Both the position numbers and the translations under genes were made by a program. From an uncultured virus (IMG/VR IMGVR_UViG_3300042520_003480) (taxonomy: Duplodnaviria > Heunggongvirae > Uroviricota > Caudoviricetes): 64,000 nucleotides of DNA. Of the stretch, positions 9,901 through 18,432 are shown one piece after another; position 1 is the stretch's first letter, and the number at the start of each line of letters is the position of its first letter. The notes under the pieces are model-generated. The model worked only from the letters and a program-made list of their open reading frames with translations. It did not search any database and was not told the DNA's origin. The stretch lies in the IMG/VR virus record IMGVR_UViG_3300042520_003480, one strand, 5' to 3'.

Positions 9901-11681
9901 GAATACTTAGTCACGGAACCAACACACTAGATAGAATGCAAATATTCATTAACGATGCCGCTGGATATGGCAGTCCAATAGGAGGAATAGTGTTGTATAC
10001 GACTTCAGCTATAGGCACGACGATTGTTGCTGTAAATGATGGAAATTGGCATCATATTGCGTTTACAAGACAAGGAGGAACTTTGTATACTTTTGTTGAC
10101 GGAGCTTTAATGTATTCACGAGCAAACACGACGAACTTTAATGATTCTTCTGCTCCTTATTATTTTGGAGCTTATGCTAGCACGACAAGTGGCTTCTACA
10201 ACGGTTTCTTAGATGATTTTAGAATTACAAAAGGAGCTGCTCTCTATACATCAAACTTTACTCCTCCAACTTCAGAATTAGGTTTAACGGACTTGACTAC
10301 TGTATCTGCTTCTCCGTTTACTCCTCCTTTAGAACACCCAACATCCAGTTCTGGAGATTCTGACTTTAATAACGTTTCATTGCTATTACAAGCCAACGAG
10401 CCTGGGACTGAACAGCTTAATTGGAAAGATAAATCTCCAAATGGCAATTTTGCATTTCAAACTAATTCACTTCTTAGTCCTTCAGTATCAAGTCTTGGTA
10501 TTGGTTTGCTTTCTGCTGTAGTGTTTGACGGTACAAATGATTTCTTGAACTTGTCAACCCCGATACCTCTTACTGCGAGCAATGCTTCTAGCTTTTTTGT
10601 GTATAATAGACAAGGCAGTTCTGATATTAATATATCTTTAGGTAATAAAGTATCTCAAAACATATCCACTGGATTGCAATGGAGCGATAACAGAGTTTAT
10701 GCTTTAGAAGGATACTCGAATGCTAAAAGCAATATTGGTCCGACATTGATGGCGGTTACCAAAAATCCCAACGTTCTTTATATGGGCAACGAACGGTTGT
10801 TTACGTTTGGTTGTTCGTTGTTAACTTTGCAAAATTCAACTGTAATTGATAACAGCGGAAACGGACGGACTTTATATTCGGATGGCAACACTCTTCCTAC
10901 TTCTTCCGCTGTAACAATTGCTGGAAATGCAACTCGTGCCTGGACCTTTAATGGAATAAATTTAGTTTACATGGACCCCTCCAACGACTTTGTTTGGGGA
11001 ACTGGGCCATATACTATTGAGGCATGGGTCAAACCCACTAGTTATAACTGCCAAAGTGCCCCACCGCTGATATTCGGTCTGGTCGTCCCAGGAATGCACT
11101 GGGCAGGAGAGATAAATTTCTTAACTTTAAATAATTTTTCAGGCCAAGTTCAGTTTTATGCAACTAAAACCGGAGCTCCTGACCCAAACACAGTCTCAAT
11201 TGTTGCTCCAGCGACAGCTCCGTTGAATGTTTGGACTCACGTTGCCGTAGTAAGAGAAGGAACGGGAGTTAATCAGCTTAAATTGTATGTAAATGGAGTG
11301 CTTTCTGTAAGTGGAACCGACGTTAATGACTACACTGACGCTACTGCGGCTCCCTCAATTGCAAGACAATCCGTTACAGTTGCGAATGGATTTTGTGGTA
11401 GTATTTCTAACGTTCGTGTAGTTAAAGGAAAAGCAATGTATACTAATAACTTTACACCTGTTGCTCCGCTAGTAACCGTACCAAGAACATCTCCGCTTTC
11501 TAAACAAACAGATTATGGTACTGGATGGGGAACATCAAATGCGGTAGTTGATGGAGTAGGTGTTTATGAAAGTGCGAGACATAAAGGAGCGATGGGAGAA
11601 ATAATTTATGCTAATTGCACTTTGCCTGAAGCTGAATTACAGTTGGTTGGAAATAGCTTAGTCACAAAGTGGGGAATATAA
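6927..11681 (+). CDS. Large multi-LamG (concanavalin A-like) receptor-binding/structural protein
   Basis: Five FT(V/I)ExW-like ... WxH(I/L/V)A ... GxIxxxR(V/I) modules and repeated YTSNFTP motifs. Confidence 0.85.
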   Translation: MIIQQGIIASSIQTLSKIIIDSLTDYATTSYSLCSFSAPEGEIPISWFKFIDIDNDVITNSYSLCSFSVSENQLLSANLGYHFLSAEDTITNSYSLCSFSVSENQLSSINLGYHFLSAEDTITNTLNVSSFSVPTSGLTLTYPLTVTNINTFRTSIYGVSSDAVAVLGNPRFSFTYWEVSNGGSWSIVPTYQTVSGYAFLSGGQSWYDASVGALSARLIVGYQGRSYRTNPVALKPYSSVLDIPNLQLWLDASDSTTLSGGNATTGAFRDSSSNIFTITKNGNVGQGNFSPFFTTGSTYSPTIHGGSGYFDRSSYLSTPSNAAFNFGTGNFTVECWINSNDVSSSTQVGFLQTSDVAGGLKQDYNSGIAIVQGIGAGVGMTGGLAVNIAGTFVGSNTPILTTGTWYHIAVVRNSGVVRIYVNGKVHASGTANGNCFGTNLCVGGYYNTSYLYNGYISNLRVVKGTPLYTSNFTPPTAPLTNISNTSLLLNFTNGVALDGTINNSLALYGGAAIVNAAKKYGTGSFLFNGNGEYIVAPSRPNYRLGFDNFTIECWVKFNNTTTDSDGIADSGSTLTSANANQWFIYRNNNILRFGRHAVADLLTYDTSTLVPNTWYHLAVTRDSDYLSMFINGTRVSSTYYAGWDIDDSNVRIGVVATPFYMKGGIDDFRLTRRVSRYGPSTVLLLNGNGSDNANNNTFLDSSSNNFTITRNGSVTQGSFSPFPLNGATYNPSLHGGSGYFNGVAGNYLSVPANAGFNFSSGTFTVEAQVNFNSLPVQATVFGNYNSINTGWTLNLSNGKIVVNFSGDGPNITGTTSIQTGVWYHIAVSGSPGSYKLFVNGIQEGSTYAGATSLVGGNLGVGALGDRSGYIGANPMSGYISSLRIINGTALYTSNFTPSTAPLTNITDTSLLLNFTNGGVIDSTGKNDVITVGNAKISTSIKKYGTGSMYFDGSGDYLRIPASSDLTLGIADFTIEFWCNFTSTNDSGSVNRRILSHGTNTLDRMQIFINDAAGYGSPIGGIVLYTTSAIGTTIVAVNDGNWHHIAFTRQGGTLYTFVDGALMYSRANTTNFNDSSAPYYFGAYASTTSGFYNGFLDDFRITKGAALYTSNFTPPTSELGLTDLTTVSASPFTPPLEHPTSSSGDSDFNNVSLLLQANEPGTEQLNWKDKSPNGNFAFQTNSLLSPSVSSLGIGLLSAVVFDGTNDFLNLSTPIPLTASNASSFFVYNRQGSSDINISLGNKVSQNISTGLQWSDNRVYALEGYSNAKSNIGPTLMAVTKNPNVLYMGNERLFTFGCSLLTLQNSTVIDNSGNGRTLYSDGNTLPTSSAVTIAGNATRAWTFNGINLVYMDPSNDFVWGTGPYTIEAWVKPTSYNCQSAPPLIFGLVVPGMHWAGEINFLTLNNFSGQVQFYATKTGAPDPNTVSIVAPATAPLNVWTHVAVVREGTGVNQLKLYVNGVLSVSGTDVNDYTDATAAPSIARQSVTVANGFCGSISNVRVVKGKAMYTNNFTPVAPLVTVPRTSPLSKQTDYGTGWGTSNAVVDGVGVYESARHKGAMGEIIYANCTLPEAELQLVGNSLVTKWGI
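7098..7298 (+). repeat. 96-bp near-identical coding tandem duplication
   Basis: ITNSYSLCSFSVSENQLxSxNLGYHFLSAEDT occurs twice, starting at 7098 and 7194. Confidence 0.9.
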
Positions 11682-11698
11682 CTTAAATAAACATATAT

Positions 11699-13084
11699 AT
11701 GAACATTGATTACAATACTTCTCTTGCTGGAGAATACACAATTTATGACGAGAACATGAATGTTCTTAGCGAAACGAAAAATCTTATTACAGATTGGGGA
11801 ATGAGAAGATTTGTTGGAGATAGATTAACAGGAGCTCCTCATCCGGAAGATACCGATCTATCTCAACAAGCTTTTGTGAATAACATGCGTTTTATCATGC
11901 TTGGCATCGGGGGCTCGTATGGTACTGAAACATATAGTAACTTTAGTTTAGTTAGTGCAATTCCTGCAACCGACTACACAGAATACAATGTACAAGCAAC
12001 TACAGGAACAACACTTTCGACTGATTCAGCAAGTGGGGATATGTTAATTATTTTTACAAGATTGACTCGTTTTGAAATGGCATCCGCATTCGATTCAGTC
12101 ATGGCTCCAACATCTTCGTATGAAATCAAAGAAATTGGATGCAGTTGGAGTCAGACATGCAGCGCAAACAATAGATTCGGGATTTTTAGTAGAGCAACAT
12201 TGCCTTCTCCAATTACAGTTAGACCAAGAAATAAGATTTATGCAAAATATAAACTCACTATTAGAACCGATGCAAACCAAGTCAAAGGCTCAATGGCACG
12301 TTTAAATGGCACAGGGGCTGTAAATCTTCCAGCTAATAGAACGAACGTAAGAGAGCTACCCTTATTTACCCTTAAGACAGATGGAACGTCTGCAGGAATA
12401 ATTAACAATAACTTAGGTGACAATTATAATTATTCATTACCTTTATTTGAAGATGCTGGAACCAACAATTTAACATATGTGGATGTTGCAGATAATACAG
12501 CTGGAGATGTAGTTTTTGGGCCTTCTGCTCAAAAGTTGTGGTGGCTACAATTTTATACATCTAATTGGGCTACTACAAACACAATAGACAGAGGTTCGGA
12601 CCCAGCTACTAGATATGATACATTTGTTTCTACTACAAGTTCGAATTTAAATCCAGTATATAATCTTACTGTACTATTTAATGCCATTAACAACGTTGGG
12701 GCTAATACATATGATGGAGTAATTGCTCAGAACTTAAAACCTTTTACTACCAACGTTACTGGTCGGAAGTCTCATGACTCGGTTACCGTGACAACAGTTA
12801 ATAGTAATACTTGGAAAAGAACAATACGGTTTTTATTTACTCCTGCTGAATTGATGCAAAACATAACAGTTTTTAATTTATATAGAGCCAATTTAGGAGA
12901 TTGGGATCTCACTCACGCCAATTTCTCGGGTTATTGGTGGACTCATTATGACAATCGTTACATTAATATTGACACCACGGCTCCTCACACTTTTGGTATA
13001 GTTACAGCTCTTAGTGCGGAGTATAATCCTAACCCTTCTTTGTATGACGGATTTGAATATAACTTTACGTTTTCAAGAAATTAA
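11699..13084 (+). CDS. Putative tail/baseplate structural protein, paralog of 1941..3392
   Basis: NLITDWGMRRF, IKEIG, IFSRATLPSP and C-terminal YNFTFSRN. Confidence 0.6.
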   Translation: MNIDYNTSLAGEYTIYDENMNVLSETKNLITDWGMRRFVGDRLTGAPHPEDTDLSQQAFVNNMRFIMLGIGGSYGTETYSNFSLVSAIPATDYTEYNVQATTGTTLSTDSASGDMLIIFTRLTRFEMASAFDSVMAPTSSYEIKEIGCSWSQTCSANNRFGIFSRATLPSPITVRPRNKIYAKYKLTIRTDANQVKGSMARLNGTGAVNLPANRTNVRELPLFTLKTDGTSAGIINNNLGDNYNYSLPLFEDAGTNNLTYVDVADNTAGDVVFGPSAQKLWWLQFYTSNWATTNTIDRGSDPATRYDTFVSTTSSNLNPVYNLTVLFNAINNVGANTYDGVIAQNLKPFTTNVTGRKSHDSVTVTTVNSNTWKRTIRFLFTPAELMQNITVFNLYRANLGDWDLTHANFSGYWWTHYDNRYINIDTTAPHTFGIVTALSAEYNPNPSLYDGFEYNFTFSRN

Positions 13085-13410
13085 TATAAACAAGACGTCA
13101 CGTCGAATGAAAAAATTTTCTTTGTTTCATTAACCGAATTTTTAAATACGAACGTGTGAACTGGTCTTGGGTTTTGTATATAATCTGTTGGTCTGATTTC
13201 TTCTAATTCTTCGAAGCACTCCCATGCACCCTCTTCGTTGCTCAAATCCGTAGTTATTTGTTCTTTTAAATATTCATTCAACGGTTTGTTGGACTTATAA
13301 TAAGATATATTATCCGCCATATTGACATTTGTATATCCTTCTTTTAATCTTGGGGTTGTTGGTAGTGTGGAGCTTAATTGTTCAACCTCTGTATATTGAT
13401 GTTCGTTCAT
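13081..13410 (-). CDS. Hypothetical protein, paralog of 13486..13752
   Basis: Shares a PR...F...FDVTxC pattern with the neighbouring ORF. Confidence 0.6.
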   Translation of the reverse strand: MNEHQYTEVEQLSSTLPTTPRLKEGYTNVNMADNISYYKSNKPLNEYLKEQITTDLSNEEGAWECFEELEEIRPTDYIQNPRPVHTFVFKNSVNETKKIFSFDVTSCLY

Positions 13411-13485
13411 TACTTTAATTATTCAAGAAGCAGTTTTAGCAACAGATGCAACTCTAAGATTATATTATCACAATAACTATGTGAA

Positions 13486-13752
13486 TTATCTCCCAAACCA
13501 ACTACTTCCTCCTGTACACTCGGTCACATCAAACCAAATTGCGTGACCAATTATGTTACTTTCATTAATCAAAAACCCTCTAAGCTTTCTAGGAGTTTTA
13601 GAGTAACTTGTAATTTTGTCTTCAATTAGTTCCTTTGTGACATAATATTCTTTTCCTTCAAATTGTTTTTGAATAGCTCTTCGAAGAAAATCTTGAAGTT
13701 CCATTCTTCCTACTTGTTCTGGTTTAACGTGATAAATAATTGGTTCGGACAT
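13486..13752 (-). CDS. Hypothetical protein, paralog of 13081..13410
   Basis: TPRKLRGF...WFDVTEC; sigma70-like promoter upstream (TTGAAT...TGTTATAAT). Confidence 0.6.
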   Translation of the reverse strand: MSEPIIYHVKPEQVGRMELQDFLRRAIQKQFEGKEYYVTKELIEDKITSYSKTPRKLRGFLINESNIIGHAIWFDVTECTGGSSWFGR

Positions 13753-13795
13753 ATTAATATATTATAACAAATTGTTTAAAATTCAACACCCATAG

Positions 13796-13803
13796 TATAA
13801 ATA
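13796..13803 (+). promoter_or_regulatory. T4-type late promoter
   Basis: Exact TATAAATA 6 nt before the ATG at 13810. Confidence 0.75.
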
Positions 13804-13809
13804 AAATTC

Positions 13810-15165
13810 ATGCAACAAATACACTCGGGTATAAATCCAAATTTGAGAAATCGAGTTATAAAACTCCAACAACCTTATCCTATTCAAGGTAAAATGATTC
13901 TCAATGAGCGTCCTCCAACACCGACTCCAACACCGACTCCAACACCGACTCCAACACCGACTCCAACACCGACTCCAACACCGACTCCAACACCGACTCC
14001 GACACCAACACCGACTCCAACTCCAACTCCGACTCCAACACCCATAGGTCTTTGGGTAAGCGAAGAAACATTTGAAGGAATCAGCTCTAATGATCATCTT
14101 GGGAACAGCGTTTCTATAACAGGAGACGGAAACAGAATAGCGTTGGGAGCTCGTACTGTTACAGGAGACAGTAAGTCTGGTTATGTAAAAATTTATGAAT
14201 ACAACAACACAACAACATCATGGTCTCAATTAGGTCCTGATATAAACGGAACAGTTGGTAATGATTTATTCGGTCATTCTGTATCATTGAATTATCAAAA
14301 TGGCAATAGAATAATTGTCGGAGATCCTGCATTCTCAGGAAACACTGGTGTTGTTAGAGTGTATGAGTGGAATGGCGCTTCATGGAATCAAATGGGACAA
14401 CTTTTGAGTGGCATTAACACTCAAGACTATTATGGAACTAAAGTAAAAATTAATGAGGACGGAAATAAAGTTATTATAGCTGCTACTCAGGATTCAAGTA
14501 CTGCTCGGGGTTACGTCCAAGTTTATGAATATATGGGTGGTTCATGGACCTTAGTTGGTAATACATTAAGCGGAACTGCAGACAATGATTTGTTTGGAGA
14601 TTCCATCTCAATGAATCTGTCTGGAAACGTAATTGCTATTGGAGCAAAGCTTAATGATGCTGGCGGAACAAATAGTGGTCAAATTAAAGTATATCAATAC
14701 GATTCGGGCACTGGAGATTGGGCTCAAAAAGGACAATCTATTAACGGATTACCACCAACTCCTGTTCTTTACGGACTAAGCAACGTTAGTTTAAATTATG
14801 ATGGCAGTGTATTGGCTACAAATTCCAATACTGGTGTGTGTAAAATTTATGAGTATAATTCTGGTAGTAATACTTGGATTCAAAGAGGATCTGATTTATT
14901 AAACGCATTCTCTAGTTTAATAGCAACAAATTCTGCAGGAGATATTGTCGCAACTGGAAGCGGAACATCAAGTTCAATAGTAATCCACAAATGGACCGGG
15001 ACTACCTGGCTTCAGTACGGAGATCCTATAACCGTGCTAACATACTACTGGGATAGCTTTGCTATTGATGGTTCAGCCAATAGAATTATCGTGGGTGGTG
15101 GAACAGCCAATATTGGTGGATTGACTCTCAACGGACAAGCAATAACGTATAAATACCAACCTTAA
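13810..15165 (+). CDS. Beta-propeller (FG-GAP-like) protein with the shared leader and a Pro-Thr linker
   Basis: Repeated FGxSVS(L/I)xxxGNxI(A/I)(V/I)G...GxV(K/R)VYE blades; N-terminal [10 protein letters not shown] and (PT)n. Confidence 0.8.
   Translation: MQQIHSGINPNLRNRVIKLQQPYPIQGKMILNERPPTPTPTPTPTPTPTPTPTPTPTPTPTPTPTPTPTPTPTPTPTPIGLWVSEETFEGISSNDHLGNSVSITGDGNRIALGARTVTGDSKSGYVKIYEYNNTTTSWSQLGPDINGTVGNDLFGHSVSLNYQNGNRIIVGDPAFSGNTGVVRVYEWNGASWNQMGQLLSGINTQDYYGTKVKINEDGNKVIIAATQDSSTARGYVQVYEYMGGSWTLVGNTLSGTADNDLFGDSISMNLSGNVIAIGAKLNDAGGTNSGQIKVYQYDSGTGDWAQKGQSINGLPPTPVLYGLSNVSLNYDGSVLATNSNTGVCKIYEYNSGSNTWIQRGSDLLNAFSSLIATNSAGDIVATGSGTSSSIVIHKWTGTTWLQYGDPITVLTYYWDSFAIDGSANRIIVGGGTANIGGLTLNGQAITYKYQP
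13912..14043 (+). repeat. 12-bp tandem repeat encoding a Pro-Thr linker
   Basis: (ccaacaccgact)n. Confidence 0.95.
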
Positions 15166-15449
15166 AACCAAAGCTCAGAACAAGAAGCAGAAACTTCTCT
15201 AAGTAGTTTCATAGACGTTTTGACTTTGTATTTTAAAGATTTTAACCGTCTTTTTTTGGCAGGTGTATCGTTTATAGGATTTTGATCTGCCGCTTCGAGC
15301 TTTGCTAAAATTCTAACTAAATTTTCATACGTTGTTCCGATCTCCTGATCAAAATTTTCTAAAGGAAATGGCATAGGCTTCTTTACATTGGGTGTAAGTA
15401 AGTCAGGGTTAATTGAATTAAAAACCGTATAATCTAGAACTGATTTCAC
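15162..15449 (-). CDS. Hypothetical protein
   Basis: 95-aa ORF with a GTG start, last of a minus-strand run. Confidence 0.55.
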   Translation of the reverse strand: MKSVLDYTVFNSINPDLLTPNVKKPMPFPLENFDQEIGTTYENLVRILAKLEAADQNPINDTPAKKRRLKSLKYKVKTSMKLLREVSASCSELWF

Positions 15450-15457
15450 AAAAGTAT

Positions 15458-15901
15458 TTAAGCTGAGACTTTAAATTCGATTGAATTCGATGTTTCTACG
15501 GGAATCTTTACTGTTTCCAACGGAGTCGTCAACGTAGTAGCCATGAATTGCATAGAAACTCCATTTACTTGGTTGCAGCTTTCACATTTGAATGTATTAC
15601 GCTGATTTAGTTGAATGGGAATTGCGTTTGCTTGCTGGCAATAAGCACACGTCAGCTTTACAGTAAATTTAGAAAGCTTATCAAGCGCTTCTATTTCAAC
15701 TTGTTGATTTAATGTATTGTCTCGTTGAATAAGAAACGAGTTATACAAAACAAAACCTATAAACTGAATTAATAAAGAAATCCAAAACCATCCCCAAAAT
15801 GTTCCAATAATTGATGAACCTGCAAGTCCAAACAAAGCTGAAACAAAACACGTAATTCCTAAAGAAATTCCTACAATTGTTATTTCAAATCTTTTCATCA
15901 T
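15458..15901 (-). CDS. Two-TM membrane protein with a C-terminal Zn-ribbon
   Basis: Two N-terminal hydrophobic helices and CAYC...CESC. Confidence 0.7.
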   Translation of the reverse strand: MMKRFEITIVGISLGITCFVSALFGLAGSSIIGTFWGWFWISLLIQFIGFVLYNSFLIQRDNTLNQQVEIEALDKLSKFTVKLTCAYCQQANAIPIQLNQRNTFKCESCNQVNGVSMQFMATTLTTPLETVKIPVETSNSIEFKVSA

Positions 15902-15903
15902 GC

Positions 15904-16161
15904 TTAGTATATAGTCTCTTTTTCTTGTTCTGTGACCTTATTGAACAAATCGTCTGTTAAGGAATCTACGTATTTCAGTAGATCGAGAGGCTTTAAATCA
16001 AATGATGAAAAATCAATATTTTTTTCTTCACATTTATCTGCAACAATATCTACTGCATCTTTAAGAGAAGCCCATCGACAAAGTTCGTACAAGCTCATTC
16101 CATCAAGAGTTACAACTTTTTTAGGAAACTCGCTGTCTTTTTTATTAGTTTTATTTTTCAT
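15904..16161 (-). CDS. Hypothetical protein
   Basis: 85-aa ORF tightly packed within the operon. Confidence 0.6.
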   Translation of the reverse strand: MKNKTNKKDSEFPKKVVTLDGMSLYELCRWASLKDAVDIVADKCEEKNIDFSSFDLKPLDLLKYVDSLTDDLFNKVTEQEKETIY

Positions 16162-16453
16162 TCGAGATAATATTCGGAGTTTTTGTTGGACTGGTCAATA
16201 AAAATTTAACCGTTTCTTGAAAAATTTCATCAGGGAGCTCTTCAACAAATTCTAAAGTGTTGGTTTTAATATATTTGGTAAAATCCTCAAAGGTCAAAAA
16301 ATATTCTGAAGGTCCTGGTAAGAATAGAAATTTATAGCAATCTTTTTGGGCTTCTACAAACAACAAAAAACTTCCTGCGTGTATTTGAGTCCAAGCATAC
16401 AAGCCTTTTGGAATTGGTTGGTGATTTAATTTGGTTTGTTTCTTTTTAAACAT
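16151..16453 (-). CDS. Hypothetical protein
   Basis: 100-aa ORF with TTGACA upstream on the minus strand. Confidence 0.6.
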   Translation of the reverse strand: MFKKKQTKLNHQPIPKGLYAWTQIHAGSFLLFVEAQKDCYKFLFLPGPSEYFLTFEDFTKYIKTNTLEFVEELPDEIFQETVKFLLTSPTKTPNIISNEK

Positions 16454-16534
16454 TTGTATAAATCTATCTTCTTCTAAAATTATTATTGTGTCAACTGTTG
16501 TAACTAATTAAATAGTAAATATACTTTACCAATC

Positions 16535-18424
16535 ATGATTTATAGGCCCTATACAAACAACGGAGGAGTTCCTCCAAGCGGAAATGTCTCTAACATAAAT
16601 CAACCCGGAGGAGCACCTCAGAGTTCGTTGCTCTCGAGTTTTGTAAGCAGACTTCCATTTGCTTATCAAATCATTGATGCAATGGTAAAGAATAATCCAA
16701 AATTTTATTCTTTTAAAGATCAAGCTTCTTTGAGAGATTCAATGCTCCAAGATCAGAGCGTATTTCTTTCGCAGCCAAATCTCGACAATTATACAGCAAC
16801 TGGCGTTCCAGGCTCCTTTGCAATCAATAAAGATTATCAAGCTTTCGTTTATGCTTCTTTAGACAAAGACAAGGGCAGAAGAATGATGGATTATCGTCGT
16901 ATGGCTGCTTATGCTGAGCTAGCAGACTGTTTAGATGAAATTTGTGATGAGTGTATTGTAAGAGACGAAGACGGAAATATTGTAGATTTTACGCTAAACG
17001 GAAATTATTCCAAAACTATTCAGGATGAAATTAAAAAAGAATTTAAAAAATTTGTAGAGGTTTTTGATCTTGAAAACACTGGATGGGAAAAATTTAGACA
17101 ATTGCTAATTGAAGGAGAAATCCTTTATGAAAATCTAATTAAAGACGGAAAAGAAGATTTAGGAATTCTTGGCTTAATGTCAATTCCTACTGAATTAATC
17201 AATCCTGTTTTTCATAATGTTCAAAACGAACTTCTTAAAGGATTTTTACTACAAAAACCTGTCACAGGACCAACTGATTCAATTAATTCTGAAGACCAAC
17301 AACAACTTTTGTTTTTGCAAAGAGCTCAAGTCAGCTATATTCACTCAGGAATGTGGAATGAATTTAAAACATTTAAATTACCTTTTATTGAAAATGCAAA
17401 AAGAGCTTATAGACAACTTTCGTTAATTGAAGACTCGGTTGTAATTTATCGTTTAGTAAGAGCCCCAGAAAGACTTGTATTCAAAGTTTATACCGGAAAT
17501 ATGCCTCCTCCAAAAGCTGAGTCGTATATTAAAGGATTGATGATGAAGTATTGGTCTAAGAAGACATACAACAGCATGGAGTCAAGAGTCTCTAATGTTT
17601 ATGATCCCCAATCAATGTTAGACTCATATTGGTTTCCTGTAGATGCACAAGGAAAGGGCACAGATGTCACTAATCTTCCTTCTGGAGGCTCTCTTGGAGA
17701 AATCAAAGATCTTGACTACTTCCTTTCAAAACTCTACAAGAGTTTAAAAGTTCCTACATCAAGATTCCTAACCCCAGGTGATCCATTTAAAGACGGAATG
17801 GAGATCACACGAGATGAGTTACGGTTTGCAAGATTCATTATGCGCTTGCAATCTCAATTCGCAATTGGAATTAAAGAAACGTTTGTAACTCATTTAAAGC
17901 TAAAGGGTCTATGGAAAGAATATAAGCTCAAAGAGCAATCTTTACAGATTAGATTTAATGAACCGACATCGTTTATGACGATGCGGAACCAACAGTTGCT
18001 TCAAATGCGGTTTGAGAATTACAATACTGCTACACAATCCGAAGCTATTTCTAAATCATACGCTCAAAAGTATTATTTAGATATGTCTGCTGATCAAATG
18101 AAAGAAAACAGAGAGTGGCTCAGAAGAGACTCAGCTCTTACATGGGAACTTGCTAAAATTCAAGAACTTGGTCCTAACTTTAGAGAACAACTCGAGGCTC
18201 AGATGGGAGCAGCTGGAGGAGAAGGAGCAGAAGCAGGTGGAGCCAGTGCTCTTGGTGGAGGGGGTGGCGGAGGAGGTGGAGGAGATGCCATTCCTGAGTT
18301 TGGAGACGCTGGAGAAGAAGCTCCAGGAGCTGGTGGAGAGACAGGAGAAGTACCAGCTGAGCCAGTTGGTGGTGGAGCTCAACCTGCTGCTCCTCAAACG
18401 CCTCCTGAAGTGCCTCCTGTATAA
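16535..18424 (+). CDS. gp20: Portal protein
   Basis: IEDSVVIYRLVRAPERLVF, GNMPPPKAE, LYKSLKVPTSR and ITRDELRFARFI are T4 gp20 motifs. Confidence 0.97.
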   Translation: MIYRPYTNNGGVPPSGNVSNINQPGGAPQSSLLSSFVSRLPFAYQIIDAMVKNNPKFYSFKDQASLRDSMLQDQSVFLSQPNLDNYTATGVPGSFAINKDYQAFVYASLDKDKGRRMMDYRRMAAYAELADCLDEICDECIVRDEDGNIVDFTLNGNYSKTIQDEIKKEFKKFVEVFDLENTGWEKFRQLLIEGEILYENLIKDGKEDLGILGLMSIPTELINPVFHNVQNELLKGFLLQKPVTGPTDSINSEDQQQLLFLQRAQVSYIHSGMWNEFKTFKLPFIENAKRAYRQLSLIEDSVVIYRLVRAPERLVFKVYTGNMPPPKAESYIKGLMMKYWSKKTYNSMESRVSNVYDPQSMLDSYWFPVDAQGKGTDVTNLPSGGSLGEIKDLDYFLSKLYKSLKVPTSRFLTPGDPFKDGMEITRDELRFARFIMRLQSQFAIGIKETFVTHLKLKGLWKEYKLKEQSLQIRFNEPTSFMTMRNQQLLQMRFENYNTATQSEAISKSYAQKYYLDMSADQMKENREWLRRDSALTWELAKIQELGPNFREQLEAQMGAAGGEGAEAGGASALGGGGGGGGGGDAIPEFGDAGEEAPGAGGETGEVPAEPVGGGAQPAAPQTPPEVPPV

Positions 18425-18427
18425 ATA
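18420..18427 (+). promoter_or_regulatory. T4-type late promoter
   Basis: Exact TATAAATA 5 nt before the ATG at 18433. Confidence 0.75.
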
Positions 18428-18432
18428 ATAAC

